The position numbers and the translations under genes are program-made. From Archangium sp. (GTDB lineage Bacteria; Myxococcota; Myxococcia; Myxococcales; Myxococcaceae), in assembly GCA_047600485.1 (NCBI GenBank), contig JASGKS010000001.1, positions 6,912,259 to 6,976,258 on the forward strand: a stretch of 64,000 nucleotides of DNA, given 5' to 3'. The notes under the pieces were generated by a model. That model had not been told where the DNA came from. It worked only from the letters and a program-made list of their open reading frames with translations, and made no database searches. The stretch's first letter is position 1. Each line of letters opens with the position of its first letter. Below are positions 55,338 through 64,000 of this stretch, piece after piece.

Positions 55338-57157
55338 CGCTTCACGGGCACGGGCGCAGAGAGTGCCTTCGACTCGTACGCCACGTCTTCCACCACGCGG
55401 CCGTTCAAGAACTCACGCACGCCGCGCGCGCTCCACACCGAATCACTGAGCGCGACCTCTCCCGCTTCCGCGAGCGACTGCAGCTTGGCCGCGAGGTTCA
55501 CCGTCTGACCGAAGTAGTCGATGCTGGCGTTCAACTTCACGGCGATGCACGGCCCGGTGTTGAGCGAGATGCGCAGCCGCGTCGCCGAGTCCTGCCGGTC
55601 CTTGTGAAACAGCGCGTGAATTTCGGCGCACGTCTTCACCGCGTCGAGCGGGTCGGTGAACGAAGCCATGATGGCGTCACCGATGGTCTTCACCACCGCG
55701 CCGCGATTCTTCGCCACCAGCGGGAACACCTCGGTGAAGTGCTTCTTCACTTCCATGAAGGCCGCCGGGTCGCCGCGCTGCGCGTACATCGCCGTCGAGC
55801 CCACGATGTCGGTGAAGAGAATCGTCTGCTCGCCGATGGCCAGCTGCACGTCGGCGGCGAGGTAGTCCTCACTGAAGAGGTCGCGGTACTCCTGCAGGTT
55901 GAACAGCTGCGCGGGTCGCAGCGCGAAGTCGTTCCAGCCGGCGGCCTCGAGCACGAAGCGCTTCGTCTCGGCGCTGTCGTTGATGAGCTTGATGGCCGGC
56001 TTCGGAGCGCCTTCGAGCTTCGGGTGCTCGGTCGCCTTCCACTCGAGCGCGCTGGTGACACCTTCGTGCGTGTCGAGCACGCCGTACGACTTGCTGCCGT
56101 GGGTGCGCAGGCGCCAGCGGCCCGAGCCGAGCTTCGGCTCGACGACGTACGACTCGCCGGGCTTCAGGTCGCGCTGCAGACGAATGTGTTCCTTCTTCGC
56201 CGGCTCCGCGCTGCAGAAGGTGCGCACGGCGATTTCACGAATCGCCGGGTGCACGTGGAACGTGATTTCCACCGACTCGGGCGTGTTGGAGCCGAAGTCG
56301 ATCTGACACACCTCGCAGCTGCCGCTGGCCTTCAGCTCGCCCAGCTCTTCGGACTTGCTCGTCGGGCCGCGGCAGTGCGGGCAGATGAGGTCCCAGCTGA
56401 TTTCGAGCAGGCCTTCGCGCGTGGCGTGCAGCGCGACGCGGAGCAATTCCTGCTCGTCGACCTTCCACGCCCGCGCGCGCTCGCGAATCTGAATGCGGAA
56501 GAGATCGATTTCATCGCCGGTGCGAATCCATTCGACGAGCTTGTCGACCAGCTTCACGTCAAGCGAGTGCTTCACCAGCTCGGCGCGAATCTGCGCGATG
56601 CGGCCCTCGGCGTCGGCGCTCAGCGGGTCGGCCGGAGGAAGCTCGAAGACCGGCTGCAGCGCGTTGAGCTGCTCCGTCACTTCCTTGAACACGCGCACGA
56701 AGTCCTTCTGCAGCGTGGGGAAGCCGAGCTTGTTGATGAACTTGCCGAAGAAATTTCGCGGCACCGCGCCGAAGTAGACCGACACGCGCGTGCGCTTTTC
56801 GTCGAGCGGCGTGAAGACGAACACGCCGAACACGGCCTTGCTGAACCCGCGCTTGTAGACGCGCAGCGACTCAATCCACTCGCCCGACACCCAGTTCCAG
56901 GGAACCTCGAGCCATTCCTGCTCGATGCCCAGCGGCGCCGAGCTGCCCCAGCGCTCCGAGCCGCGGTCCTCGAACTTCATTTCCTGCACGCCGAGCGCGC
57001 GATTCATGCGCGAGCTGTCGGCGACGATGGGCCACACCTTCTCGACGGGGAGGTCGACCTCGAAGTGCCACAGCCACTCGACGCGCGGCTCCTTCGCGAA
57101 CTCCGCGGGCCAGGGGTGGAGCGCGAGAACTTGCTCCAACGTGAGGGCGCTGCTCAT
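55322..57157 (-). CDS. Class III adenylate/guanylate cyclase with large N-terminal domain
   Basis: C-terminal cyclase domain (ILFTDIVGST...KTIGDAIMA...). ATGA overlap with the upstream gene's stop. Confidence 0.7.
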   Translation of the reverse strand: MSSALTLEQVLALHPWPAEFAKEPRVEWLWHFEVDLPVEKVWPIVADSSRMNRALGVQEMKFEDRGSERWGSSAPLGIEQEWLEVPWNWVSGEWIESLRVYKRGFSKAVFGVFVFTPLDEKRTRVSVYFGAVPRNFFGKFINKLGFPTLQKDFVRVFKEVTEQLNALQPVFELPPADPLSADAEGRIAQIRAELVKHSLDVKLVDKLVEWIRTGDEIDLFRIQIRERARAWKVDEQELLRVALHATREGLLEISWDLICPHCRGPTSKSEELGELKASGSCEVCQIDFGSNTPESVEITFHVHPAIREIAVRTFCSAEPAKKEHIRLQRDLKPGESYVVEPKLGSGRWRLRTHGSKSYGVLDTHEGVTSALEWKATEHPKLEGAPKPAIKLINDSAETKRFVLEAAGWNDFALRPAQLFNLQEYRDLFSEDYLAADVQLAIGEQTILFTDIVGSTAMYAQRGDPAAFMEVKKHFTEVFPLVAKNRGAVVKTIGDAIMASFTDPLDAVKTCAEIHALFHKDRQDSATRLRISLNTGPCIAVKLNASIDYFGQTVNLAAKLQSLAEAGEVALSDSVWSARGVREFLNGRVVEDVAYESKALSAPVPVKRWKCF

Positions 57158-57951
57158 CGCGCGCGAGCGTACCGTCGTCGCAGCCAGCACAACACGGCAA
57201 TCAAGACCGCCACCGGGCTGGTGGAGCAGGAGCCACGCACACCCTCGTCGCTCGGCTCACTCGGAGTCTCCACGCCCGCGTCGGCCTCTTCGCCCGCATC
57301 GACGTCTTCGATCCCAGAGTCGGGAGTTCCCGCATCTGGAGTTCCCGCGTCGACTCCGCCTGCGTCGAAGTCCGCGTCAGGAGTTCCTGCGTCGACGACG
57401 ACCATGCCCGCATCGAAGCCTGCGTCGGGCGGCACGTACGTTCCACCCGGCGAGACGATGGTCACCGTCACGCGCAAATCGGTCGGCATGTAGAGCGCAG
57501 ACACCGTCGCACCGACGTTTTCCGGAGCGGGCTTCACGTTCATCGTGTCCTTCAAGATGAGCGCGACGCGTCGCGTGCCCTGCGACCAGTCGACCTGGTT
57601 GTATTGGTAGAAATTCGTGAACGACGTGGTCCACGTGTAGACGCCGGGCGTCGTGTACGCCGGAGCCTGGTCGGTGCACGCGTAGCTCGGCGTCGCCTCG
57701 AAACAGATTTGGTAGCGCGTCGCGGTCGTCGTCGGTTTGGTGAACACCTGCAGGCGCACCACCGCCGTGCCGTGCGAGTAGTCGATGGGCGACACCCAGT
57801 TGCTCGGCGTGCCAGGCAGCGGATCGACGCGGTAGTGCGAGTCGGTCGTGGTGGTCGCCGAGTGCGTGTACGTCACTTCGGTCAGCACAAATTGATCAGC
57901 CAGCGCCACCGCGCTCGACATCACCAACCACGCCGACACGAGCCGCGTCAC
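57154..57951 (-). CDS. Secreted protein with DAGTPDAG repeats and MYXO-CTERM-like tail
   Basis: C-terminus GSCSTSPVAVLIAVLCWLRRRYARAR. Confidence 0.55.
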   Translation of the reverse strand: MTRLVSAWLVMSSAVALADQFVLTEVTYTHSATTTTDSHYRVDPLPGTPSNWVSPIDYSHGTAVVRLQVFTKPTTTATRYQICFEATPSYACTDQAPAYTTPGVYTWTTSFTNFYQYNQVDWSQGTRRVALILKDTMNVKPAPENVGATVSALYMPTDLRVTVTIVSPGGTYVPPDAGFDAGMVVVDAGTPDADFDAGGVDAGTPDAGTPDSGIEDVDAGEEADAGVETPSEPSDEGVRGSCSTSPVAVLIAVLCWLRRRYARAR

Positions 57952-58457
57952 TCGAGCTTCACTTCGACCATCTCGCTGGTCGCCGGCTCGCCATCACCCG
58001 CTTCGAAGTCGATGACGAACACCACCATGCGCCCCGTGGGGTCGGGGTACGCGGCGACCTTCGCCTTGCGCACCTTCTTGCCGACGTAGTCCGCAATCAT
58101 GCTCTTGCCGGTGAACTTCTTCTTTCCCTTCTCGGCGATGAGCTCGAGCTTCACCGCCTTGCCCGCGCCTCCGAAGGTGGTCGCCGCCTTGCCGTCGGCC
58201 TTGATGGTGACCTTCACGCCGTCGAGCGTGGTGCTCTTCGTGAGCGCGTGCGTCTTCTTCCATTCCTCGAGGCCGGTGACGTCCTGCTCGTCACCGCGCG
58301 CCGTCGTGACCTCACGCCAGCCGAACGTCTTCTTGCCGTTGAACTCGTTGGTCCACGCGTAGGTCTCGCCGTCGGCGGTCCACCCGAGAAATTCGCCCTG
58401 CGTGAACGACAGCGGAGCACCGTGCAGCACCAACGAGAGCGCGAGAGCAGTGAGCAT
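57948..58457 (-). CDS. Secreted Lys-rich protein (hypothetical)
   Basis: Signal peptide MLTALALSLVLHGAP. Stop overlaps the next gene's start. Confidence 0.5.
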   Translation of the reverse strand: MLTALALSLVLHGAPLSFTQGEFLGWTADGETYAWTNEFNGKKTFGWREVTTARGDEQDVTGLEEWKKTHALTKSTTLDGVKVTIKADGKAATTFGGAGKAVKLELIAEKGKKKFTGKSMIADYVGKKVRKAKVAAYPDPTGRMVVFVIDFEAGDGEPATSEMVEVKLE

Positions 58458-58474
58458 GCGCCCGCAGATCTAGC

Positions 58475-60148
58475 TCAGCGGCGGCGCGACTTCTTCGCCA
58501 TCAACCACGGAGGCACCGGCGCGTCGTCGTTCTTGCGGCTGGTGCGCTTCTTCTTCGCGCTCGCGATGGCCTTCATCGGTTTCGCTTGCGCCGTCGCGAC
58601 AGACTCGGGAACCGCGAGCAACTCGGGCTCGTAGGTCGCTTCGGCTTCGGCGCGCGAAGACGTCGGCTGCTCGAACGCCACGCTCACCGTTTCAGTCTGC
58701 GCGTCGTCGAGCCACACCAGCGGCGGCTTCGGCGGAGCGGGAGGCGGCGCCAGCAATTCGGGCAACACCATCACGCCAGCGACTCCGGCGAGCCCCACCA
58801 CGAACGCGGCGAGCACCGGCCAGCGACGCTTCGGCGGCGGCACGTTCTTCTTGCGCTTGCGCGACGGAGCGACCGCCTCGAACAACTGCACGCGCGGCGG
58901 CGGCGCAGCCGTGACTCCCTCGCCCTGCAAGCGGGGAGAGGGGCCGAGTGCAGCAGAAGCGTCCGGCGTCGGCATCGGCGTCGGCGCACGCACCGGCATC
59001 GGGTCGAGCTTGGGCAGCTGCGCGCGCAGCGACTCCTCTTCCTTGCGGCGCGGCTCGAAGTGACGCGCGACGAACTGCGCGCGGAGTTCTTTTCGCCACG
59101 TGAACGCCGCCGCGGCCTCGCTCAACGCGAGCGCAAACTCACGGCCGTTGGCGTAGCGCTTCGAGCGGTCAGCGCTCAGCGCGCGGGAGATGACCTCGTC
59201 GAGCTGCGCGTTCACCGTGACGTTCAGGCGCGACGCGGGAATGAAGTGGCCCTCGCTCGCGAGCTTGAAGTGCTGGTCGAACGACTTCGCCTTGCGCACC
59301 TTCTCGCCGGTGAGGCACTCGTAGAGCACCGCGCCGAGCGAATACACGTCGGCCTTCGGGTCGGGCAGCCGACCTTCGAGCAATTGCTCCGGAGCGAAGA
59401 ACGCCGCCATCGCCTCACGCAATTCGAGCCACGAAGCGCCCTGCCCCATGCAGCGGAACAAGCCGGTGTCGTGCAACCGCGCCGAACCATCGAAGCCAAT
59501 CGCCACCGACTGGTCGCTCACCAGACCGTGCGCCGCGCCGTGCGAGTGCAATTCACCGAGCGCGCGCGCGACGTCGAGCACCGCACCGAGCGCGAGCCCG
59601 AGCGGCACCGACTGCCCGTTCTTCTTCATCGCGACGGTGAGCTCGGTGAGCGTCGCGCCGCTGGCGAGCTCGGTGACCCAGAACACACCTTCTTCACTCG
59701 TCTCGCAGGGGAACACCTGCACCAGCGCGGGGTGCGTGAAGTGGCCCGCCCACTCGGCGTGATTGCGAACGTCGCGCGCGAGCACCTCGGGCAGCTCGAG
59801 CCGGCGCATCACGACCAGCGCCGGCGTGACACCTTCTTCACGGCGCACCGCGAGCAGCGTCTTCGCTCCGCCGTCGGACAATCGACGCAGCACGGTGCAC
59901 GAGCCGAGCTCGAAACCCTCGAACGGGTCGGCCTTCGCTCCGTCACCGCGCAGCGTGAGGCGCGCGAGCGGCGACTTCGCTTCGGCGATGCGGCCGTGCT
60001 TCGGCAGCTCGGCGCGGTCCCAGGGCAGACCGATGCAGAACTCCTGGCCCGGGAGGAGGAAGGTCTGCGTCGGGATCCGGAGCTCGGTGGAGGTGCTCAA
60101 GGCGTGGAGCAGAGAGCAACGACAATGCCTGCTCCGCAAACGCTGCAA
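58475..60148 (-). CDS. Membrane-anchored Ser/Thr-kinase-like protein, predicted pseudokinase
   Basis: Kinase fold with VVMR in place of VAIK, HGLVSDQS in place of HRDLKPxN, and FDG in place of DFG. APE is retained. One TM segment plus a periplasmic tail. Start uncertain. Confidence 0.55.
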   Translation of the reverse strand: MQRLRSRHCRCSLLHALSTSTELRIPTQTFLLPGQEFCIGLPWDRAELPKHGRIAEAKSPLARLTLRGDGAKADPFEGFELGSCTVLRRLSDGGAKTLLAVRREEGVTPALVVMRRLELPEVLARDVRNHAEWAGHFTHPALVQVFPCETSEEGVFWVTELASGATLTELTVAMKKNGQSVPLGLALGAVLDVARALGELHSHGAAHGLVSDQSVAIGFDGSARLHDTGLFRCMGQGASWLELREAMAAFFAPEQLLEGRLPDPKADVYSLGAVLYECLTGEKVRKAKSFDQHFKLASEGHFIPASRLNVTVNAQLDEVISRALSADRSKRYANGREFALALSEAAAAFTWRKELRAQFVARHFEPRRKEEESLRAQLPKLDPMPVRAPTPMPTPDASAALGPSPRLQGEGVTAAPPPRVQLFEAVAPSRKRKKNVPPPKRRWPVLAAFVVGLAGVAGVMVLPELLAPPPAPPKPPLVWLDDAQTETVSVAFEQPTSSRAEAEATYEPELLAVPESVATAQAKPMKAIASAKKKRTSRKNDDAPVPPWLMAKKSRRR

Positions 60149-60246
60149 TCACTCGCGCGATGTAAAGGAATGAGGCGCGAAGTGGTGTGGAGAGGCACCG
60201 CGCCCCGCCCGGAAATCGGGCACATCCGAACCAACGGCGTTTGCAG

Positions 60247-60678
60247 TCACCCGGGCGTGACGTCGATGCGCGCGGGCGTCCAATTCTTCGCGCGGCGAGC
60301 GCGGCGCGCCTCGGCATCTTCGGAGTCGTAGGCCGTGAACTGCGTCGGATCAGCCGTGAAGCCTTCCGCGCGCTCGAGCACGTCGAGGTTGATGACCGCA
60401 CGCGCCGCGGAACCGGTCTCGACGGCAGCGACGAAGACTCCGCACGCGGAGCAGATGAGAAAGTCGGCGAGCCGCAGACCGAAGCGGTAGCGAATCACCT
60501 TCGACTCGTCTGCGAAGCGCACCACCACGAGCCCTTCGGGGTCCGACGTGTAGCGCGGGCGGTGTTTCTTGCAGAACGTGCAGCCACAGAGCCGCACCGG
60601 GAGTTGATGCGGTTCGCGCATGGTCGCCAGCTCGACCGTGAGCGCACCGCAGTGACAGGAACCGCGAAGCATCGGCAT
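60247..60678 (-). CDS. GFA-family (CENP-V/glutathione-dependent formaldehyde-activating-like) zinc protein
   Basis: CHCGAL...CGCTFCKK Cys pattern. Confidence 0.65.
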   Translation of the reverse strand: MPMLRGSCHCGALTVELATMREPHQLPVRLCGCTFCKKHRPRYTSDPEGLVVVRFADESKVIRYRFGLRLADFLICSACGVFVAAVETGSAARAVINLDVLERAEGFTADPTQFTAYDSEDAEARRARRAKNWTPARIDVTPG

Positions 60679-60680
60679 GG

Positions 60681-61142
60681 CTAGACCAGAGTGAGCGCCT
60701 TCTCGACGAGGGGAATCTGAGCGGGGTTGATGGCGACGCGCGCGCGCTCGAGCGAAGCCCACTCGGCGCGGTCGACCTCGGGAATCTTGATGCGCTTGCC
60801 GCTGCGAGGTGGGTGTTCGATTTCGATGATGTTCGAGTCGAGCGTCTCGACGTCGAAGTCGCCCACCAGGCCGAACGCGACGACCTTCTTGCCGCTCTTC
60901 TGCGTCACTTCTCCCAGCGGAGTTGCGGGACCTCCGGGCGCGGGCGAGCCCGTCTCCTCGAGAAATTCACGCCGCGCGGCGGTGAGCGGCTCTTCGCCCG
61001 CTTCGATGAGACCTTTGGGCAGGCCCCACGCGCCGGCGTCTTTCTTCGCCCAGAACGGCCCACCGAAATGAACGATGAGGACCTGCGGCGTCCCATCGGG
61101 TCCGCGCCGCACGAGGGCGATGGCTGCACTGCGGTCACTCAT
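60681..61142 (-). CDS. NUDIX hydrolase
   Basis: Nudix box GLPKGLIEAGEEPLTAARREFLEETG. Confidence 0.75.
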   Translation of the reverse strand: MSDRSAAIALVRRGPDGTPQVLIVHFGGPFWAKKDAGAWGLPKGLIEAGEEPLTAARREFLEETGSPAPGGPATPLGEVTQKSGKKVVAFGLVGDFDVETLDSNIIEIEHPPRSGKRIKIPEVDRAEWASLERARVAINPAQIPLVEKALTLV

Positions 61143-62175
61143 CGAACACCTCCGTCACCTTCACCTTCCACGAAATTTCCTCGAGCAACTGTCTCAGCTC
61201 GACGTTGCGAGCTATTCGACGGTTGCCGCGCTGAATGATCACTTCGGCAAGCGGCGCCACGTCAGCGAGTTCACGCAGTCCGTCGCGAAGGCGGCGTGCA
61301 GCATCGGACTCCAGCGACTCCTTCACGAGAACACTCGCCACCTTCAAACACGGAGCCCGCGCCGGCAACGTGAACGACTCGTCGGGAATCAGCTCCACCC
61401 GTTCGATCGTGAAGGCCGCGGCGTGCGTGAAGAGCAACCGCAATTCGGAGGTCCACGACGTGGCCGCGCAGATGAAACCGAGCCGCCAATCGAGAGAGAC
61501 CGCGCTGCCCACGAGCGGACCCACCACGCTGCAGTCGTGCTCCACGAGCAACTCCGCACGCCACGACGTCGCGTTCGCAGCGGACAGCTGAATGTACTCA
61601 CCGAGGCTCGCGCCGCCGTTCTGCTCAGCGAGCCACTCGGCGTAGAGCAGTCGGCGTTCGAGTGAGGTCGGTTGTTCGATCACCGCCTGCTCGAGCCCAA
61701 CGTCGCGCGGCAGCGTCAATTCCTTCACGCGCGCGTCGGACCGGTTCCACGCGCGCCAGCGCTCGCGCAGGTTGTCACCCTGCTGGCGCAGCCGATTGAG
61801 TCGCACGATCCAACCAACGTCGCTCGAGAACCCGGGCCCCAGCATCTGCGCAGCGAAGGCATCCTCGACTCGTTGTTGCTCGGAAGGATCCGACAATCGC
61901 GCCCGTTCCACTGACCACGCGTAGTCGCGCTCTTCGGTCGGGAAGCGATTCACGACGTCGAGCACCTTGCGCGTCACGTTCGACGTCGAGTGCAGAATCG
62001 ACAGTACGCCCTCGCGTGCGAGCTTTCTCCAGCGCGCATCGACTTCACGAAGATCATCGTCGTCCACGCCTTCGCCGAGCGCCGCCGCTTCGCGCGTCCA
62101 GAACTGCCGCAGCGGCTGCTCGAGGTCACGAATGAACAACGCACGCGCAATCGACGCTTCAGGGTCGTCGGGCAT
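61135..62175 (-). CDS. Hypothetical protein with internal TIGR02996-like motif (RRLLYAEWLAEQNGG)
   Basis: Motif similarity with the other three paralogs. Start taken at MPDDPEAS. Confidence 0.45.
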   Translation of the reverse strand: MPDDPEASIARALFIRDLEQPLRQFWTREAAALGEGVDDDDLREVDARWRKLAREGVLSILHSTSNVTRKVLDVVNRFPTEERDYAWSVERARLSDPSEQQRVEDAFAAQMLGPGFSSDVGWIVRLNRLRQQGDNLRERWRAWNRSDARVKELTLPRDVGLEQAVIEQPTSLERRLLYAEWLAEQNGGASLGEYIQLSAANATSWRAELLVEHDCSVVGPLVGSAVSLDWRLGFICAATSWTSELRLLFTHAAAFTIERVELIPDESFTLPARAPCLKVASVLVKESLESDAARRLRDGLRELADVAPLAEVIIQRGNRRIARNVELRQLLEEISWKVKVTEVFDE

Positions 62176-63115
62176 GGGCAGCGACGCGTGCACGAGCCTG
62201 GACGCTACTCGGCTCCTCGACCGCGCGCTGCACGAGGCGACGGAACCACTGATGCACCGGGTCACGCCTCAGGAGCTCGGGGAAGTACTGCGCCATCGTG
62301 AAGCCGGGCAGCGGCAGCGGAGCGTCCACCACAGCCAGGCCGCGCACCTCGCGCCACGACTCCGCGACGCGTCTCGGCACCACCGCCACGCTGTCGTCGT
62401 GCAGCACCATCGCGGGCGCCGTGCCGTAGTGCGGAGCGCGCAACACGACGTTCCGCCGCAGCCCCAGCTTCGCCAACGCCGAGTCGACGAAATCAGGCCC
62501 GAGCCCGCGCGCCGAGATCTGCACGTGCGGCAGCTCGGCGAAGGCCTTCGGCGTCCACCGCTGCAGGGCGCGGTTGCGCTGGCCCAGCACGCACACGTTC
62601 TCGTCGGAGAACAGCTTCTGCCGCACCACTCCCGCCGGAGCGTCGACCATCGGCGCCACCGACACGTCGTACTTCGCCGCCGCCACGTCGCTCAGGTTCG
62701 CCGCCATCGCGTCACTGCGAAAGTGAACGTCGAGTCGCACGCGCGGTGCTTCTTCGCGCAACGACTCCATCAGCCGCGGCAACACCACGAGCTGTACGTA
62801 GTCGGACAGCAGCAGCTTGAAGGTGCGCTCCAGCGTGCGCGGGTCGAACACCTCGGCCGCCAGCAACGAGCCCACGCGCTCGTGCACGTCTCTGACTCGC
62901 GCCTCGAGCGAGCGTGCGCGCGGAGTCGCCTCGAACTTCCCGCCGACGCGCACGAACAGCTCGTCGTTGAGCGCCGAACGCAGCGCCTTGAGCGAGTGGC
63001 TCACCGCCGACTGCGTGCGACCCAGCCTTCTTGCCGTCTCGGTGACGCTGCCCGTCTCCAGCAGCAGCCCGAGCACCGGCCAGAGGTTCCAGTCAACTCC
63101 ATCGATGGCGTTCAT
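62159..63115 (-). CDS. LysR-family transcriptional regulator
   Basis: HTH LETGSVTETARRLGRTQSAVSHSLKALR with a LysR substrate-binding domain. Confidence 0.75.
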   Translation of the reverse strand: MNAIDGVDWNLWPVLGLLLETGSVTETARRLGRTQSAVSHSLKALRSALNDELFVRVGGKFEATPRARSLEARVRDVHERVGSLLAAEVFDPRTLERTFKLLLSDYVQLVVLPRLMESLREEAPRVRLDVHFRSDAMAANLSDVAAAKYDVSVAPMVDAPAGVVRQKLFSDENVCVLGQRNRALQRWTPKAFAELPHVQISARGLGPDFVDSALAKLGLRRNVVLRAPHYGTAPAMVLHDDSVAVVPRRVAESWREVRGLAVVDAPLPLPGFTMAQYFPELLRRDPVHQWFRRLVQRAVEEPSSVQARARVAAHARRP

Positions 63116-63164
63116 GAGCACCATCAACGCCATGAATTGGCTTCATGCGCAAGGCGGACGCACC

Positions 63165-63707
63165 ATGCCGCGCATGACCACCACACTCCTGGTTGCACTC
63201 CTGCTGTCTGGTTCCCCCGACGTAAAGGGCTCGTGGAAGAGCGCCGCCGCCGAAGACATGGGCAACGGCTCGTTCTGCACGCGCGACTTCACCCTCACCG
63301 ATTCCACCTGGGCGCTGACCTTCACCATCTACGCGGACAAGGAGCTCAAGACGCCGCTGGTGGCGATGAACTTCGAGGGCGGGTGGAAGGCGACGGGCGA
63401 TTCGAAGAGCGTGCCCGGCGCGAGCGAGGCGACGTTCGAGTTCAAGAAGAAGAGCGTGACGCTGCACGCGAAGGACGCGGCGAAGGGCTTCGGCATGGAC
63501 GGTTGCGGACTCACGCCCGGCAAGGCGAAGGACGTGACGAAGACGGGCTGCAGCTTCGTCGCCAGCGTCGAGAAGTACGGCCGCGAGTTCGACCTGCTCA
63601 AGCGCGACGGCGCGCAGCTCTTCTTCGGCGCGCGACCGGCTGATGGCGACATGGGCTCCGAGGCGAAGCGACCGACCGCGCTCGGAGCGCCGTTGATCAA
63701 GAAGTGA
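63165..63707 (+). CDS. Secreted hypothetical protein (180 aa)
   Basis: Signal peptide MPRMTTTLLVALLLSGSPDVKG. Confidence 0.5.
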   Translation: MPRMTTTLLVALLLSGSPDVKGSWKSAAAEDMGNGSFCTRDFTLTDSTWALTFTIYADKELKTPLVAMNFEGGWKATGDSKSVPGASEATFEFKKKSVTLHAKDAAKGFGMDGCGLTPGKAKDVTKTGCSFVASVEKYGREFDLLKRDGAQLFFGARPADGDMGSEAKRPTALGAPLIKK

Positions 63708-63956
63708 TCACTTCCTGCCGAACAGCTCGTTGAACATCTTCTGCGTGTTCGGGTCGGTGTTGCCGCTGATCTCCGAGGGGTTGAGCTTCGTCAGCAGCTT
63801 CTTCTCGGCGGCGGTCAGCGGCACCATCGGCGTGTTCTTCTTGTCGGCGTCGTTGTTGTACTCCTTGAAATACTGACCGGTCTTCGCGTCGCGGTAGATG
63901 GTGACGTTGTTGTTCCGGTTGCCCATGTCGCGCGTCTCGTCGATGGGCGTCGACAC
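63708..63956 (-). CDS. Small hypothetical protein (82 aa)
   Basis: Lower-GC, Lys/Asn-rich ORF abutting the convergent gene. Weak support. Confidence 0.35.
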   Translation of the reverse strand: MSTPIDETRDMGNRNNNVTIYRDAKTGQYFKEYNNDADKKNTPMVPLTAAEKKLLTKLNPSEISGNTDPNTQKMFNELFGRK

Positions 63957-64000
63957 CGTGAACTCCGTCGAGCCAGGCGAGAGGCCGAGGTACTTCGCGG

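Noticed and set aside
1-64000. tRNA, rRNA or other canonical ncRNA genes
   Set aside because: No cloverleaf-like or rRNA-like conserved segments were recognised by eye. A tRNAscan/Infernal run would be needed to exclude them formally.

Overview
This is a high-GC (about 68-70%) chromosomal segment that looks myxobacterial: two proteins end in MYXO-CTERM-like sorting tails, DAG(T)PDAG linker repeats recur, and lipoprotein signal peptides are frequent. It is densely coded on both strands, and most minus/plus antisense giant ORFs in the track are GC-frame artefacts. Recognisable genes include a znuACB-like metal ABC transporter, ptsI, a Sir2/CobB deacylase, a glycosyltransferase-2 plus polysaccharide deacetylase pair, GH5 and GT9 enzymes, and two paralogous di-haem cytochrome c peroxidase-family proteins. 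There are also two LysR, one AraC and one MarR-like regulator, a hybrid histidine kinase, a GGDEF cyclase, a class III adenylate cyclase and an Oar-like TonB-dependent receptor. No rRNA, tRNA or CRISPR was found. Main findings: (1) A radical-SAM/SPASM enzyme with an N-terminal PqqD-like peptide-recognition domain is translationally coupled to a small basic peptide carrying three spaced GCG(S/T)SS motifs and a C-terminal Cys, then to a secreted Pro-rich NSP-repeat peptide. The set sits behind a DoxX gene and a divergent LysR regulator, and is a candidate unclassified RiPP-like maturation system. (2) A roughly 1.9-kb low-GC islet carries a HipA-like kinase toxin and an HTH gene, is flanked by a 49-bp direct repeat that duplicates the 3' end of a hydrolase gene, and has an AT-rich promoter. 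(3) A roughly 685-bp imperfect palindrome has 48-bp tandem repeat arrays in inverted orientation on its two arms. (4) A palindromic intergenic element, CCCTCTCCC-N-GGGAGAGGG usually followed by TCGGGGTGAGGG, occurs 5-6 times at gene 3' ends. (5) Three repeated protein-level families recur: an 8-Cys module, TIGR02996-like LRR proteins and a cbEGF/PPC giant lipoprotein. (6) A six-gene minus-strand signalling operon combines a pseudokinase and an adenylate cyclase with secreted proteins.
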